Shown: positions 27,426 through 40,545, numbered from the stretch's first letter. The stretch is DNA of 64,000 nt from Cetorhinus maximus (GCF_964194155.1 NC_135886.1:23436001-23500000), one strand, 5' to 3'. The notes: a model not told the origin generated them from the sequence alone. Translations and numbers: made by a program.

Positions 27426-27737
27426 ATACATAAGAGACTTGGAAGGGAAATATCCCTGCTTTGTGGACATTTACTTTGAATTCAGATAGGTCAAAATGAG
27501 CCCTAGGGTCAAAAGAAGTTGAGCATATTGTAAAGCAGGTTTGACATCTCAATAACCACGTAGTGTCACACTGAATTCTTATGAAACTACTGCCTCCAAA
27601 AAGTCTCACTTCATTCTACTCCTATATCAGGTTGGCCTTGACATTACGATTCCACTGCAAGTTTAGCATTGGTACAAAGTTGCAATCACTTTACTGCAAA
27701 CCCACATTTGTAGTGTAACTGCGTCTTTTTATTCTAT

Positions 27738-27886
27738 GGGATAGATTTTTAACTTGCCTTGTAAGAGTAGTACTGGCATTGTGGATCAGCTGAAATCATT
27801 GGATTGAAAATTGGGTGTTTTTTTATAACTCGAGGCTGATCCACAATGCCAGTTTTATGCCCAGGCGCCACATTGAAATTTACCCC
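27738..27886. mobile_element. Small palindromic MITE
   Basis: Perfect 19-bp inverted repeat actggcattgtggatcagc (27772-27790) / gctgatccacaatgccagt (27835-27853); ends resemble ggg..atttt / aaatttacccc. Confidence 0.6.
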
Positions 27887-28017
27887 AATATATAGTTCTT
27901 CAATCACAGTATCCATGGTATTGCCATCTGACCTGTATAAATCTTGTCCTTTTATATTTTCAGAATCATGTTTTGGTATTTTTTCCAGATTTTGTAATGT
28001 CCTCTTTTTCTTAAAAG

Positions 28018-28123
28018 GTACAATTGAATCGTGGCAATAATGTCTTGTACTGGCGGACAACAGGGTTTTCAATGAGTACGAAGGTGCTAAAGCCTGCTCT
28101 CATCAGAAACATTTTTATCACAG
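28018..28123 (+). CDS. ELAPOR1: ELAPOR1-like exon ([35 protein letters not shown])
   Basis: aaaag| acceptor, |gtacat donor, 106 nt; [13 protein letters not shown] motif. Confidence 0.92.
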
Positions 28124-30054
28124 GTACATTGAAAGCTAGACTGAACCAATGAAATAGCCTATTTAAAAATAAATGTTTCATAATGCAAACAGTTCCTTTT
28201 ACTAAGTGTTATGTGGTTCTGTGGGATAATTCCTGAATTATGGTCATCTGGGAAGGAAAAGGATGGAAGTAATACAACAGAAAGCAATCCGACTTGCTTC
28301 AAGTTGTTTGTTCTGGTTTCCTGAAAACCTCGGTTGCATTTAATTGTCTACCTCTTGGGAATCTATTAATAATGTATTTCATATAAATTGGGTGCAATAA
28401 TTTCGTGGTTATGAACAAGAAACCCACGGGCTGTGATTCCAAAATTGGATTGAACCAAGTTTGGGTTGGTACCAGGAAAATAAAATGATCAAGAAAGCTG
28501 CCAGATTGTTCTGATTAAAAACCCCACTGGTTCACCAATGCCCTTCAGGTGTGAATCTGCCTTTTTCTTCCGGGCCAGATGGCCCACATACCAAACTATG
28601 GGATTTAATTCAATTTTGACATGCAGTGCACAATGGGTAGTACACCTCGCCCCATTTTCCTTTGCTTTGAAGTCAATGGAAAGGAAAATGAAATGGGTTG
28701 AATAAAGGATGGCTGATCTGCTATTGTCCATTGTGTGCTCTCATTGAAACAGACTTTAACTCCTATCTGGTTAATGCTAGTGAAGAGATATTCCTGGAAG
28801 TGCCGATCACATGGGCAAATATTGGACAACTGGGCTGGTTGGAGTACGCATCTAGAAAGGAATCCCTCTGATTTTCCAAAGTTTGCTGCAGCCAAGTGAT
28901 CCATGGTATCTTGACACAGTTCCCTTTTGTGTCTTCTACAGTGGTCTTGCAAGTCCCTCTGCTATTAACGTCACTGGAATCTCAATTGCCACCACCAACT
29001 TCTCAGAGCAATGGGAGGTGGGCAATAAAGATGGCCCTCGCAGTGTTTTCCACCTCCTAAGAATAATTTTATTTTAAAAGGAGACAAATAAAACATTAGA
29101 AATATGAAGATACTTTGGTGATTGGAGAGGTCATTGAAGTTTGTAGGCAATGGATGTAATCAAGCTCTATGGATAACCTGGCATGACACTATGTAGTTGT
29201 GTTGTGTGGGGGCTTTTCTAATGCAGACCATGCCTTTTTAATCCAGTAATGACCTGCTCAAAGAGTCTTTGTACAGACATTTGCTGTCCACTGTTTCCTC
29301 ATACTATTTTTCAGTGCTTTAGGATCTTAATCTCTAGTCACTGGAGCTTTATTCTGTTTGAATCCAAACATGGTGCCCTTTTCCATAAACAACATGGCCA
29401 GCAGCAGCATGACCCCAGTTCTCAGTTAAAAGCCCTGCTTCTCAGGTGTTTATGACATATGAGACCCTGTGACTAGCAGAAAGGTACTATATATTGAATG
29501 CTGGGTCACCCTGTTCCTCATACAGAATAACAGATTACTGAAATTTATGGATTTTATGATGTCTAGAAATGGTAGGGGGAGGATTAAATGACTTTGTTGG
29601 AAAATATTCTTTGAGACATAAAATCCTCCCTTGTTTGAAAGGTTTTGAAAGCATTTTTATTAATCCTCTTAACAGATGGTTCCTATATTTTATATTATGA
29701 TGGTGAGATGTGGCATTTGCCTGTAGCAATTTTGAAACTTTCTGAATGACCAAGTAGAATTTTGTTGGAATGACAATGTATTACTTTTGATCAATATTTT
29801 ATTGCTCATCACATTTTTGCGTGTTTTGTGCCAGTCACTTTGTATTCTTTAATGTGGGGAAATAATTGGCATTACACCGAGTAGGTTCAGCGGAATAGGT
29901 TTTATCAAATTTAAATGCTGATTATTCTATGCACAATTTGTCTTGATGCAATTTTGTAATATTCGTAATAATATGAATCTTTCTGCAGTTTACCATTTTC
30001 AATCAAGATGGACTAGAACTTAGTGAAGCAAAGCTAAATGAATAGTATTAAATA

Positions 30055-30365
30055 TAAAAGCAAAAAACTGCGGATGCTGGAAATCCAAAACAAAAACAAA
30101 AATACTTGGAAAAACTCAGCAGGTCTGGCAGCATCTGTGGAGAGGAGCACAGTTAACGTTTCGAGTCAGCATGACTCTTCAACAGAACTAAGGAAAAATA
30201 GAAAAGGGGTGAAATATAAGCTGGTTTAAGTTGGGGGGTGGGGGTGCGGTGGGACAAGAAGAGCTGGATAGAGGGCCAGTGATAGGTGGAGACAACCAAA
30301 AGATGTCACAGACAAAAGGACAAAGAGGTGTTGAAGGTGGTGATATTATCTAAAGGAATGTGCTG
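30055..30365 (-). mobile_element. Penelope-like element terminal-repeat fragment with a degenerate hammerhead motif
   Basis: Same family as 36689-37253. Minus strand at 30145-30190 reads agtt CTGTTGA a gagtc atgct gactc GAAA cgtt aact. Confidence 0.7.
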
Positions 30366-31329
30366 CAACCAAAAACAACTCCCAGACTAAATTTTTCTAT
30401 ACTGGAATATTATTTTTCATAGTTGCCATTTTTTTAATGCAGCACAGTCTGTGACAGTATAGAGAATAAAACTTATTTTAAAATGCATGGAACATGGCTT
30501 ACCCCTTCAATTCTTTGCAAGACCCTTTGGAACGTAACCATGTACACTGATCTTCAAAATAATTAGCCTTATGAACTTTGCACACTAGGACTAAAATAAA
30601 TTATAAATATTGCAGTCATGTCAAAGCACAGCTCAGCCACATAATTACCATTTGTTTGAGTTTACGATACAATGACATCCCCAAGATATAAAGATTCAAC
30701 CCTGAATTGATTTTTTTTTTCTTTCTACTAGCTTATTTTCCTTCAATGACTCCTTTAATTTCCCCCCATACCTTTTCTGTCTTGAAGGCAGTGGTTCATG
30801 CTAGAATATAATTCTATGGGTAGTTTTAGACTTCTGGGACTTAATCTAAATGGCCATTCTTCACATGTGAGGCAAGATGGTCTGCGTTAGTACATTATTA
30901 AACTATGGTGCCATCACAACTGAAACTGATTCTATTCTCACCTGGCACAGACTTGCAAAAGCAATCAAAGGTTAACGATCAGTCGCAGAAAATCTGGCTT
31001 TCATCTTCAAGGGTTTTTAAAAAAACAATTGTAGCTGCTGTACATCATCAATAGCTGAGATTGATCAATTTGGCAATGACTAAGAATCAAAGCCGGACAG
31101 TTCCTGACTTTTCTAATTAAACATGTACAAAATGATGTATTTACTCATTAAACTAAAGTAATTTAAATAAGTATTGATCAAGATTTTCATCAGGCTCAAT
31201 GGTTGTTTCTCCTGCTTAGAGAAAGTCGGAAAATTATTTGTTCAGAATTTTTTTAACCCGTCCACATTGCACATTATTTTAACAATAGTCAGCAGAAAAT
31301 TTAGCCACTAAGAGCAAACGTGTATGTTA

Positions 31330-32045
31330 GACTAACTCAGTTGGTAGCAATCTTGCTTCTGCATCAGAAGGTTGTGGTTGGAGCCCAGATTGAGTACACA
31401 GCCCAGTTCAGGGATCGGCAACCTTAACAAGAAGAAGAGCCACTTTCTAAATGTTGTCAAAAATGCAGTACCTTAAAAGCCCCAATTGCTGCTACTCAAA
31501 TGCAAAATTAATGAAAACAGGACAGACACATTTTGACAACGGTTTAAAGGTTTTTACAAAAATGTTGCTAATTGAATGATACTTCCTCACATGTACACTC
31601 TTAAAAAATCACTTTTAAAATAATAAAATAAACCGTTTAATTACCATCAAAATGGGTTTGATTGATCAAGATCTGGAGCCCCACATGAGTCCTTAATAAG
31701 GTGCATGCAGCTCTGGAGCTGTAGGTTGCAGACCCCTGGTCCAGGATGACATTCCAGTGTGCCATTGATAGCGGTGTTCAACTTGGGATAAAATATTCAA
31801 CTTAAGTCCTAACTGCCCATTTTGATAGTTGAGCTATATTAAAGATCCCATAACATGGGCCAAAGAAGAGCAACAAGATTTCTTGATGTCCTGCACAACA
31901 GTACTCTCTCAACCAATACCATGTAAAAACAGATTGACTAGTTATTCATCACATTGCTGTGAATGTGATGTTGTAACAGCAGAAGAATTGTCCTATTTGA
32001 CTACATTGGATTTCCAAGGTACTTGTGCAAAGCACTTTGACACAG
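31330..32045 (+). mobile_element. Deu-domain SINE (family B), interrupted by a hAT MITE
   Basis: tRNA-like head (ctcagttggtagca..tcagaaggttgtggtt), resuming after 31738 with gatgacattccagtg..taaagatcccat..gaagagca. Confidence 0.6.
31409..31738. mobile_element. hAT (Charlie-like) MITE
   Basis: TIRs cagggatcggcaacct / aggttgcagacccctg; degenerate 8-bp TSD gcccagtt / gtccagga. Confidence 0.75.
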
Positions 32046-32354
32046 GTTGATGAGAAGGACACAACATAAATCCAAATATGTTATTATAGCAAGCATTTTT
32101 GAAATTGGGAACATAAATTGAATACAGATAGCACTGATTATATAGTAAGTTGCTGCAGGAGAAAGTACATTGTGCATAAGGATACCATGACTGGGCTTTG
32201 TGTCCAGGCTCACTTCTGCACTGAAGTAAAAATTAGCCAATTAAATTTATGTGACTATGTTGTTAAATACAAAAATGATAGACATCTTACTTAATTGGTG
32301 AGCCAACTTTTATCTTCCTTTGTCATCAGTTCTCTGGTTTTATTTGATTTTAAG

Positions 32355-32504
32355 GAGTGGCCTATACGTCGGAGTGTTTTCCTTGTAAACCAGGTACATT
32401 CAATGCAAAACCTGGATCCTCCCATTGTGACTTATGTCCAAGAAACACCTATTCTCCAAGAGGAGCGACTTCATGTGTAAACTGTGATGAAGATCAATAT
32501 TCAG
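32355..32504 (+). CDS. ELAPOR1: ELAPOR1-like exon ([50 protein letters not shown])
   Basis: ttaag| acceptor, |gtaaca donor, 150 nt; Cys-rich repeat. Confidence 0.93.
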
Positions 32505-33609
32505 GTAACATAGTATTGAAGTAGTAGGTGAACTCTTTATTGATTGTATCATGAACTCATTACATTCATATATTACTTTGGCAGTTAAGCACCACCATCA
32601 GCAAAGGAACATGGTTTTTCTGCAAAGATAAAAATGCAGACACGGAAAACTGTTATCTAGAATTGTTCCCTCCAATGGGGGTGTTGGTCCATTTATTTTA
32701 AATAGGTGAATGGTTCTTAAAATGACAAAGAGAGAAGTTTCACAGAAACACGTTGTAACTGCCAATCTAATATCCCACAACTGAATATTAGGGCTTTGGC
32801 CCTTTGTCCATTTGACGTGAAAATAGGAAAATAAAGGATGTTATTTCATATGTACAAGGAGATTTATCCATTGAATGCCTTTAGTTCCTCCTGGCATATA
32901 CTACTTTGGAGTTTGCAAAAGGGGCCAACTGAGGTTTTTCTTTCTTTCTCCTTTTTATTTCATGAATGTTCTCATATATCCACTTCCTCTCCTGGATGTG
33001 TGTAGTTTTTCTGGGGCACAGTTTAGTATGACTGGAGTGCTCTATAGAACTTCATCCAAATGGAAATATTTCAGTTAAAAGCCCTGAAAGTGAGAGCTGG
33101 CAGGTTACTTGACAATAGGAGCTCTTCACAACCACTCTGGCCCTATCCTTGTCTGACATTCACACAAACCTCATGAAATCTGTGTCAAAAGCGCTTACTT
33201 ACTTGACCAGAAGGTCAATAATCCAATGGCTTGACACCCTGAGCCATAGTTCTTTGAATTCACCAGCAGTTTCTTTGTGAAACTGTCCCCTTTACTACAG
33301 TAACCACGAAGGCAGAGAATAAATGGTTGCTTCTGCTGTGACTCCTTGCGGTTTCTTTGTAATGTTTTATTCCCATGTGGTGCATGAGCTAATACTCCTG
33401 CTGTTACTGCTCTAAATTTAAATCCAAAGGCGTGGGGAGTAAAATGGTTCAAAATTATCTGTGTATTCGCTTGCTCACTTCTCAAGTGTACTTGTATCAA
33501 AAGTAGTTTGAGATCTATTTGCTTGGTTTTATTCATCAAGATTGGATTTAGGTCATTGTGTAAATCTTGATTCTACAGCATTTATCTATTTGTATCTTTT
33601 TTGATTCAG

Positions 33610-33698
33610 AGCACGGTTCAGGGGCATGCAAACCACAACCTCCGTGCTCCAACAAGGACTACTTCTCTACGCATACAGCATGTGATTCTGAAGGAAAG
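33610..33698 (+). CDS. ELAPOR1: ELAPOR1-like exon (EHGSGACKPQPPCSNKDYFSTHTACDSEGK)
   Basis: ttcag| acceptor, |gtaatt donor, 89 nt. Confidence 0.9.
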
Positions 33699-33904
33699 GT
33701 AATTCTCTTGCATCGAATTTGTGGGATTTAAACTGACCTTGTAATTTTTAAATATAAAGATGGACCACATCAAACAACCCTGCATAAATACTGCAACTTA
33801 CTTAAACGTATGAAATTTTAAAAGGCTTGTTAAAATTATTCTCTCAGGAATACATGTCGATTGAGTGAAGCTCATAATTCAGTGTGCCTGTTTCACAGAC
33901 TATC

Positions 33905-34142
33905 TGTATTATCAAGCGTAATGGCCTGAGGCTTACCAGATGCTCCGCAAACCCCAATGTGACCAGAGAGTACATAACCCCTGCAAAGAATGGGGCTGCC
34001 TGGTGGTTTAACAACTCATCCCTCAGACACCCTCGGTCCTGCAGTGGAGTGTCAGCCTCGATTGTGTGATCAAGTCCTGGATTGAGACTTGAACCCAAAA
34101 GTTTTAGACTCAGAGTAAGATTGCTACCACTGAGCCAAGACT
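33905..34142 (-). mobile_element. Deu-domain SINE (family B), partial
   Basis: Minus-strand tRNA head ggctcagtggtagcaatcttactctgagtc..gggttcaagtctc and ggctgacactccactgcagg. Confidence 0.6.
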
Positions 34143-35474
34143 GATATATTGGCCCCGCCATTTATAGGAACGTGGGGAGGGAGTGTGGTGACTGTTAGTG
34201 ACCGGAATACCCAGAAATATGATCTCTTATGATTTCCTTTTTAATCTGTTTCCTGCACACCAACTTGCCAGATTTGAAAGGCTGACTGGCTCTTGGACTG
34301 GAAAGCCAGCTGTACAAGGCCACAGCCAGGAACTGCAGAGGAGGGAGGGAGAGATCACAAGGGATAGGACATCAGATTGTGAGGCCATCAGCTGATCACG
34401 GGGGCAAAGGTATTTAAGGGTAGGGGCAGGTCACTCAATAGCGGAGGTGAGATATTAGATTGTGGAGGTGGGGGCGCTGGCTGAATGTGGAAGGGAGGCA
34501 GATCATGGCAGGTAAGATTAGGGAGTCAGGGGCAAGCATTCCTTCTCCTTTTGGCCCACGAGTAGTGCTGAAAAAGCCTTATCCAGCAGTTCCCACCTCC
34601 CTTCAGCTGCTGATTTTCCAAGCCCTTGGAAAACTGGCCCATGGCCTTTAAGTCCATTTGGCTGCTGGAATCTGAGCAGGTTAATCACCACAACTCCCAG
34701 AAGAAAGCGTGTTTGCGATGGGCTGGGGTTGGATTTCCCTATTTTAAGAATTTAACCCCTAGGCCCTCTCCTGACCATCTTGAGAGGTTAAAACTCGCTC
34801 CATTGGGCTTCCTTTCACTTCACTTTCTCCCCATTCCCTTGCAGTCTTGACCGTAAGAATTTTGACTTTCAATGCAATAGTTTTCGTTAAAATGGTGGTG
34901 TAAGCAAAATGCTATGTATCTCCCCCAAACCCAGAATTTGACTAGCTCCCTGCACAAAACAAAAGCTGCAGTGGGAGACAATTTGAAAAAAAAATAGAAT
35001 TGCACTGAAATTTCGCCAATCTGAAATGAACAAGGACCAATAAACCTGTTCTCATGTGTGAATGTGTGAGAAAGAGAGAGAGAAAAAAACACCCATGAAT
35101 GGTTCACATCTGGAGTACATAAAGTTATCTCTTTTTTTTATGTCAATTTTAAGTTTACTATTCAAGCTATCCAAATGGTGGCATTAATTTTGACTTCTGT
35201 GTGAACAGATTATGTTAGCCATTCACCCACATTTGAAGTGATGAGATGATCACAATTTTAAAGCTTTGGCTTCATTAACATTTATGCTGTTGAACTGCGT
35301 GTTCTATTGAAGGATAAATTGCAGCCAATCCTTACTCAGTCTTACATTTATTTACAGAGTGATTAGAAGCGTACACCTCCTAACTCAACAACACCACACA
35401 TTCACTAAGAGTCTCTTATACGTGCTCGTGAAACTCGAATTAATGCTCTTCATCTGCACATAATTAAACACAAT

Positions 35475-36556
35475 GGCCGTAACTCCCAATTAGCATCGGG
35501 AAGTGCTGGCTTACAGGAATTACAAGAAATAAATGCACGCTTACCTGGCCTTGAAAATTATGCTGACCCTTCCATTTGTCGGAGCTGCTTGGGGCCTGCA
35601 TGGAAAGACTCCTTGTAGGCCCCGGTGATATGTAGTTCTGGTGGATTCCACGGCATTTGCTGCTGTAAAGCAGGTAAGTTTGAAGGGCCAGGGAATTGAC
35701 AGGCCAGGGAGAAGCGTCTAAGGTAAATGATTAGGATTTGGGGGGTGGGAGTGTCCAGGGAGGTGGGGATCGCTGGAGGTCCAGGGGATGTCGAAAATTT
35801 GTGGGGAGTGGGGGAGGGGGCAGTCGGAAGTGTTGGGTGGGAGGGGGTGCTCTGAGATCCAGGGGCTTTCCGAGGTCGGTGGGGGGCTGGGGTTGGAGTC
35901 CGAAGTCCAGGTGCGGGATGTTGGAGGAGGTTTCAATGGTCCGGGGGCGCTGTCGGGGGTGGGGGGGAGCCAGAGGTCTGGGTTGGTGGGGAGGGGAGGG
36001 TCGGAGGGTAGGGGTGTTGGAGGGAGTCGGATGTCCAGGAGCAGTGAGGGTGGAGTTCAACCTCCTGGGGGGGATTGGTCAGAGGTCCGGAGGGTTAAGG
36101 GGAGTCCAAGGTCCGGCAGGGAGGATTGGTGGGAGGTCCGGGTGTGGGAGTGGCAGTGTGTCCAAGGTCTGAGCGGGGGCACTCTGAGGTATGGCGGAGG
36201 GGGTTGGAAGGGTCCGGGAGCGGGGGATCCGAGCTCCAGGGGTGGGGGGGAGGGGGGGTCTACAAGGTTAGGGGATGGGGTTGTCGGAGGTCGGGTAGAG
36301 GGTGGGGGTCGGAGGTTGGGTGTGGGTAGGGGATCAGGGCTTGGGCGGGTCTGGGGCTGGGGGTTTGGGTATGGGGAGAATCCCATGGGATTGCGTTTTC
36401 AGATGATTCCCAGCGCAGCACAATTGTCCAGAGGAAGTGTGCACTTCTGGGTAATTGCCATGCAAACCCTTATCTGGGAACGTCCAAGAGGGATTTCCAA
36501 CACATCTTTGGGCTACCCTCCAAATCCGATGCTAGGGAGCTCCAAAGTTATGGCCC
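35475..36556. mobile_element. Non-autonomous DNA transposon (Harbinger-like) with a G-rich low-complexity core
   Basis: TIRs ggccgtaact..tagcatcgg / ccgatgcta..aagttatggccc; 3-bp aat (or caa) flanks; interior 35730-36380 is made of degenerate gggggtcggaggtcc units. Confidence 0.7.
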
Positions 36557-36688
36557 AATTTATATGCAAATACCACTGCGGGCCTCCCCATCTACCAGAA
36601 AAGAAAATTCCAGGGAGCAGGAGGATCTCAGTCGAAGAGGTGGGAGATTGTCTTGCAGAAGCAAGAATCCAGATTAATTTTGTGATCC

Positions 36689-37253
36689 AGCAGGTCTAAC
36701 AGCATCTATTGTGAGAAAGACAGAGTTAATGTTTCGAGTCCATATGACTCTTCTTCAGAGCTAAAGGGAAGTAAAAATGTGATGAAATTTATACTGTTTG
36801 AGGGGGATGGAGTAAATGAAGCTGGATAGAAGGCCAGTGATACGTGGAGGTAAAGGAGAGATTGACAAAGATGTTATGGTCAAAGGGGGTGTTAATGGTA
36901 GTGTACTGGCTAAAGGAGGTGCTGATGGTAGTATTAAGATCAGTAAGCAGAATGTGGTAATAGTAGGACAAGTTGTTCTCTGGAAAGAACAACATGAACA
37001 ACAGATGGCCCTAGTGGGAGTGGGGTGGAGGAGGAGCCGGTGGTGGGAAAAAAGATCGAAAATAGGATAAAAGGTGGGGATAAAACAATGAATAAAAATT
37101 AAAATTTTTATTTCTCTTTAGCTCTGAAGAAGAGCCATATGGACTCGAAACGTTAACTCTGTCTTTCTCTCCACAGAAGCTATTGGACATGCTGAGTTTT
37201 TCCAGTATTTTCTGTTTTTGTTTCAGATTCCCAGCATCCGCTGAACCTTGCTT
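36689..37253. mobile_element. Penelope-like retroelement remnant with inverted terminal repeats
   Basis: 36690-36775 is an inverted copy of 37110-37195; exact 15-bp TSD ttaattttgtgatcc at 36674-36688 and 37254-37268. Confidence 0.8.
37119..37160 (+). ncRNA. Minimal hammerhead ribozyme-like motif (PLE type)
   Basis: CTGAAGA core (37124-37130), stem II gagcc-atatg-gactc (one mismatch), GAAA (37147-37150), then cgtta. An inverted sister copy at 36721-36765 has a perfect gagtc/gactc stem II. Confidence 0.6.
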
Positions 37254-37407
37254 TTAATTTTGTGATCCCCAGAGTAGGCTAGGTCTCTTCAGCCTCGTCA
37301 CTCATGGAACTGATCAGAACCTATACAGTACAGGCTTCAACCAGTTCCAGCCTAAAATAGCCTTCGGAGCTCCATTTACATCATAGGGATCTGGTTTGCA
37401 TATTGTG

Positions 37408-38570
37408 AGGTGAGAGTGACTGCCCTTGACATCAAGGCTGCATTTGACCAAGTGTAGCATCAAGGCACCCTAGCAAAACTGGAGTCAATGGGAATCAGGG
37501 AGGAAACTGGTTGGAGTCATACTTAGCACAAAGGATTATGGTTATGATTGTTGGAGGTCAGATATCTCAGTTCCAGCACATCACTGCAGGAGCTCCTCAG
37601 GGCAGTGTTCTAGGCCCAACCATCTTCTGCTGCTTCATCAATGACCTTCCTTCCATCATAAGGTCAGAAGTGGGGGTATTCGCTGATGCTGTTCGGCACC
37701 ACCAACGACTCCTCAGATACTGAAGCAGTCCATGTCCAAATGCAGTAAGACCTGGACAATATCTAGGTTTGGGCTAACAAGTGGCAAGTAACTTCCGCGC
37801 CACACAAGGCCAGGCAATGACCATCTCCAACAAGCGAAAACCTAGCCATTGCCCCTTGTCATTTAATGGCATTACCATTGCTGAATCCCCCACTACCAAC
37901 ATCCTGGCGGTTACCATTGACCAGAAACTGTACTGGACTAGTCATATAATTAGTGGCTATAAAAGCAGGTCAGAGGCTAGGAATCCTGTGAATAGAAACT
38001 CACCTCCTGACTCCCCAAAGCCCATCCACCATCTATAAAGCACAAGTCAGGATTGTGATGGAATACTCTCCACATGCCTTGATGAGTGCATCTCCAACAA
38101 CACTCAAAAAGCTGACACTGTCCAGGACAAAGCAGCCCACTTGATTGACACCACATCCACAAACATTCACTCCCTTCACCACCAACACATGGTGACAGCA
38201 GTGTATACCATCTACAAGATGCACTGCAGAAACTCACTAAGCCTCCTTGGACAGCACATTCCAAACCAAGACCACTACCATCTAGAAGGACAAGGGCAGC
38301 AAATGAATGGGAACACCACCACCTGGAAGTTCCCCTCCAAGTCACTGACCATCCTGACTTGGAAATATATCGCCGTTCCTTTACCGTCGCAGGTTTAAAA
38401 TCCTGGAACTTTCTCCCTAACAGCACTGTGGTTGTACCTACAGCACATGGACTGCAGTGGTTCAAGAAGGCAGCTCACCATAACCTTCTCAAGGGCAATT
38501 AGGGACAGGCAATAAATGCCCCATTGCGTAGTCAGCGATGCCCAGATCCCCTGAATTAATTTTTAAAAAA
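37408..38570 (+). mobile_element. CR1-like (Jockey-group) LINE 3' fragment
   Basis: ALDIKAAFD..ESYLAQR..TAGAPQGSVLGPTIFCCFINDLPSIIRSEVGVFAD; same family as 51562-53270. Confidence 0.88.
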
Positions 38571-39397
38571 ATAATAAAGGGACCTATTGACTGTTACAGG
38601 GAGGAACTTTGGACACCTGGCATTAGATACCTTTCAAAATGGTGGCGCCTGCATCACCAGGATTAATGGAACAGTAATGCTATTAGCCACATGTTAAGGC
38701 AATTGGTAGTTGGTGAAAAAGTTTAAAATCGATTCTAGTATCTTTCAGGGACTTTCCAAAGTTTGTTTTCACCTTGTTGCTGCTTTACAAAGGTCCATCT
38801 CCCTGGCAACCCCAGATAAAATTCTAATTCAGTCTAAATTAATGGGGTGAAAATCTCTTCCCTCTGCCTGCTGTAAATATTTTATATAAATTAAACTCTA
38901 GCATGTCTACCTAACTTGCAAAGGGCTGGACAAACCACAGCACAAGAGCAGCTACAAGTTAACAAAAACAGAATTACCTGGAAAAACTCAGCAGGTCTGG
39001 CAAATGCTGCTCAGAAAGGCCTGAAGGACAGTTAGTAATTAGGGGAGATAATCTGATTATCATTATCACACCCAGGCAGAGTACAAAGAGTTTTAGTCTA
39101 AATCTAGGCTGTAGGTACCTGACCTGGGCGTGTTTAATGAGTGCCAGTATTGGAGGGGGTTGGGGGCCAGTGGTTCCATACACGGCACTGATGCACTTTG
39201 ATAACTACAGCTACTTAGCAAAAAAAAACTCTCTCAAAACTGAAGTTACTGAACATTAACAACAACTTGTTAACAAACATTTTAACAAAACAAATTGTAT
39301 CTTCAATTAACTTTACATTTTTTCTTTAGGTTGGTTAGGTTTCAAGCTAGCGACACGAAAGGTAACTTTTTTCTCCCCCCTCTCTTTGATCTTCCAG

Positions 39398-39581
39398 ACT
39401 CAGATTATGTACAAATGGATTGAGCCCAAACTCTGTAGTGAAGATCTGAAGGGAGCAATGAAACTTCCTGCTTCAGGAGCCAAGAAATCATGTCAGCCTT
39501 GTAACCCGGGTTTTGTCCAAGTCAATGGTACTCATGACTGTCAGCCTTGTCAATATGGCTTTTACTCAGACGGATCTAGAG
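39398..39581 (+). CDS. ELAPOR1: ELAPOR1-like exon ([27 protein letters not shown]...[14 protein letters not shown])
   Basis: ttccag| acceptor, |gtaaaa donor, 184 nt; lies within ORF 39386..39667. Confidence 0.92.
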
Positions 39582-40229
39582 GTAAAATCAGTGCATTTTT
39601 TTCTGAGGTTTTTTTTATCCAAGGATGCATGAAGTGTACCTTGTGCAAAAAGACTGTGACATTATAAAACTTTCTAAAGAGAGTGATACAGTTAGTATAC
39701 ATTTATCAGTTAGAATTAATGCATTAACTGAGTTTAATAACCCATGTGATCTGACCATATTATGGTTTGGGAATTGCTGTTTAATAAAATAAATTGGATC
39801 TGTGAGAAACTGCATAGGTACTGTTTGAGAACCTTTGCCTAGGCCTCATGCTCTGAAATTCTCTAATCCCCTCCCCCACCATTCCATCTCCTTTCCTCCA
39901 ATAAGATCCTTCCTAAAGCCTCCCCTCTTTGACCACATTTTTGGCCATTTCTCCAATTAGCTTCGCCTTTCACTTGGCATTTGTCTTTTTTTTTTGCTAA
40001 TGCCTGTATGTGAAACCTTGTTTTTTTTTCTGTATTAAAGTACTGTATACTGATGAACAGGTGCAAAGTTTATGTTTTTTCTTCTATGTCATCAGATAAT
40101 ATCTAGCTGGATACAGCTGAAACAAAGTGCAGTCAAATTTAAATTCCCTAACTTGTTTCATGTAAGTGGCTAGAGGTTTTGGCTCTGATCTTACCCTTGG
40201 TAATTGTCTACTTTGTGTGCATGTAGTGC

Positions 40230-40545
40230 CGCCTTCTTCTTATGCAGTACCTCGGGAATACTTCCATTCTGGTAGAATAGGGCTCGGCAATAGTTAAGTC
40301 CAATGGGCGATCTGCAGACTCTGCCATATATGGCAGCTGGTGCTTGAAGGGATGGGTAAATGGGCTGTTTGGGGATTTGTGCGCTCCCTCTGATGCCTCA
40401 ATTTTGTCTCTGCACATTCCTGATGAAGTCTCTCAATGTGCTCGGTGCCCTCCTGAACAAACTTTCTTCAATTTGGTTGGTCCCATGAGTCAGTGAGTAT
40501 GTTTGACCTCTTCAGGAATACTTTGAGGACATCCCTTGTAGTGCC
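40230..40545 (-). mobile_element. RTE-clade LINE 3' remnant
   Basis: Minus strand approximately DVLKVFLKRSNILTDSWDQPN*RKFVQEGTEHIE, followed by a decayed C-terminal segment and an (aag)n tail. Confidence 0.55.

Noticed and set aside
35718-36699. Long Gly-rich and Pro-rich ORFs (up to 303 aa) on both strands
   Set aside because: Artefact of a G-rich low-complexity tract lacking stop codons inside a TIR element; no domain motifs.
39330-39361. Possible micro-exon (tttctttag|...aaag|gtaact) just upstream of the 39398 exon
   Set aside because: It is 32 nt (frameshifting) and would leave only a 36-nt intron; the neighbouring exons already join in frame.
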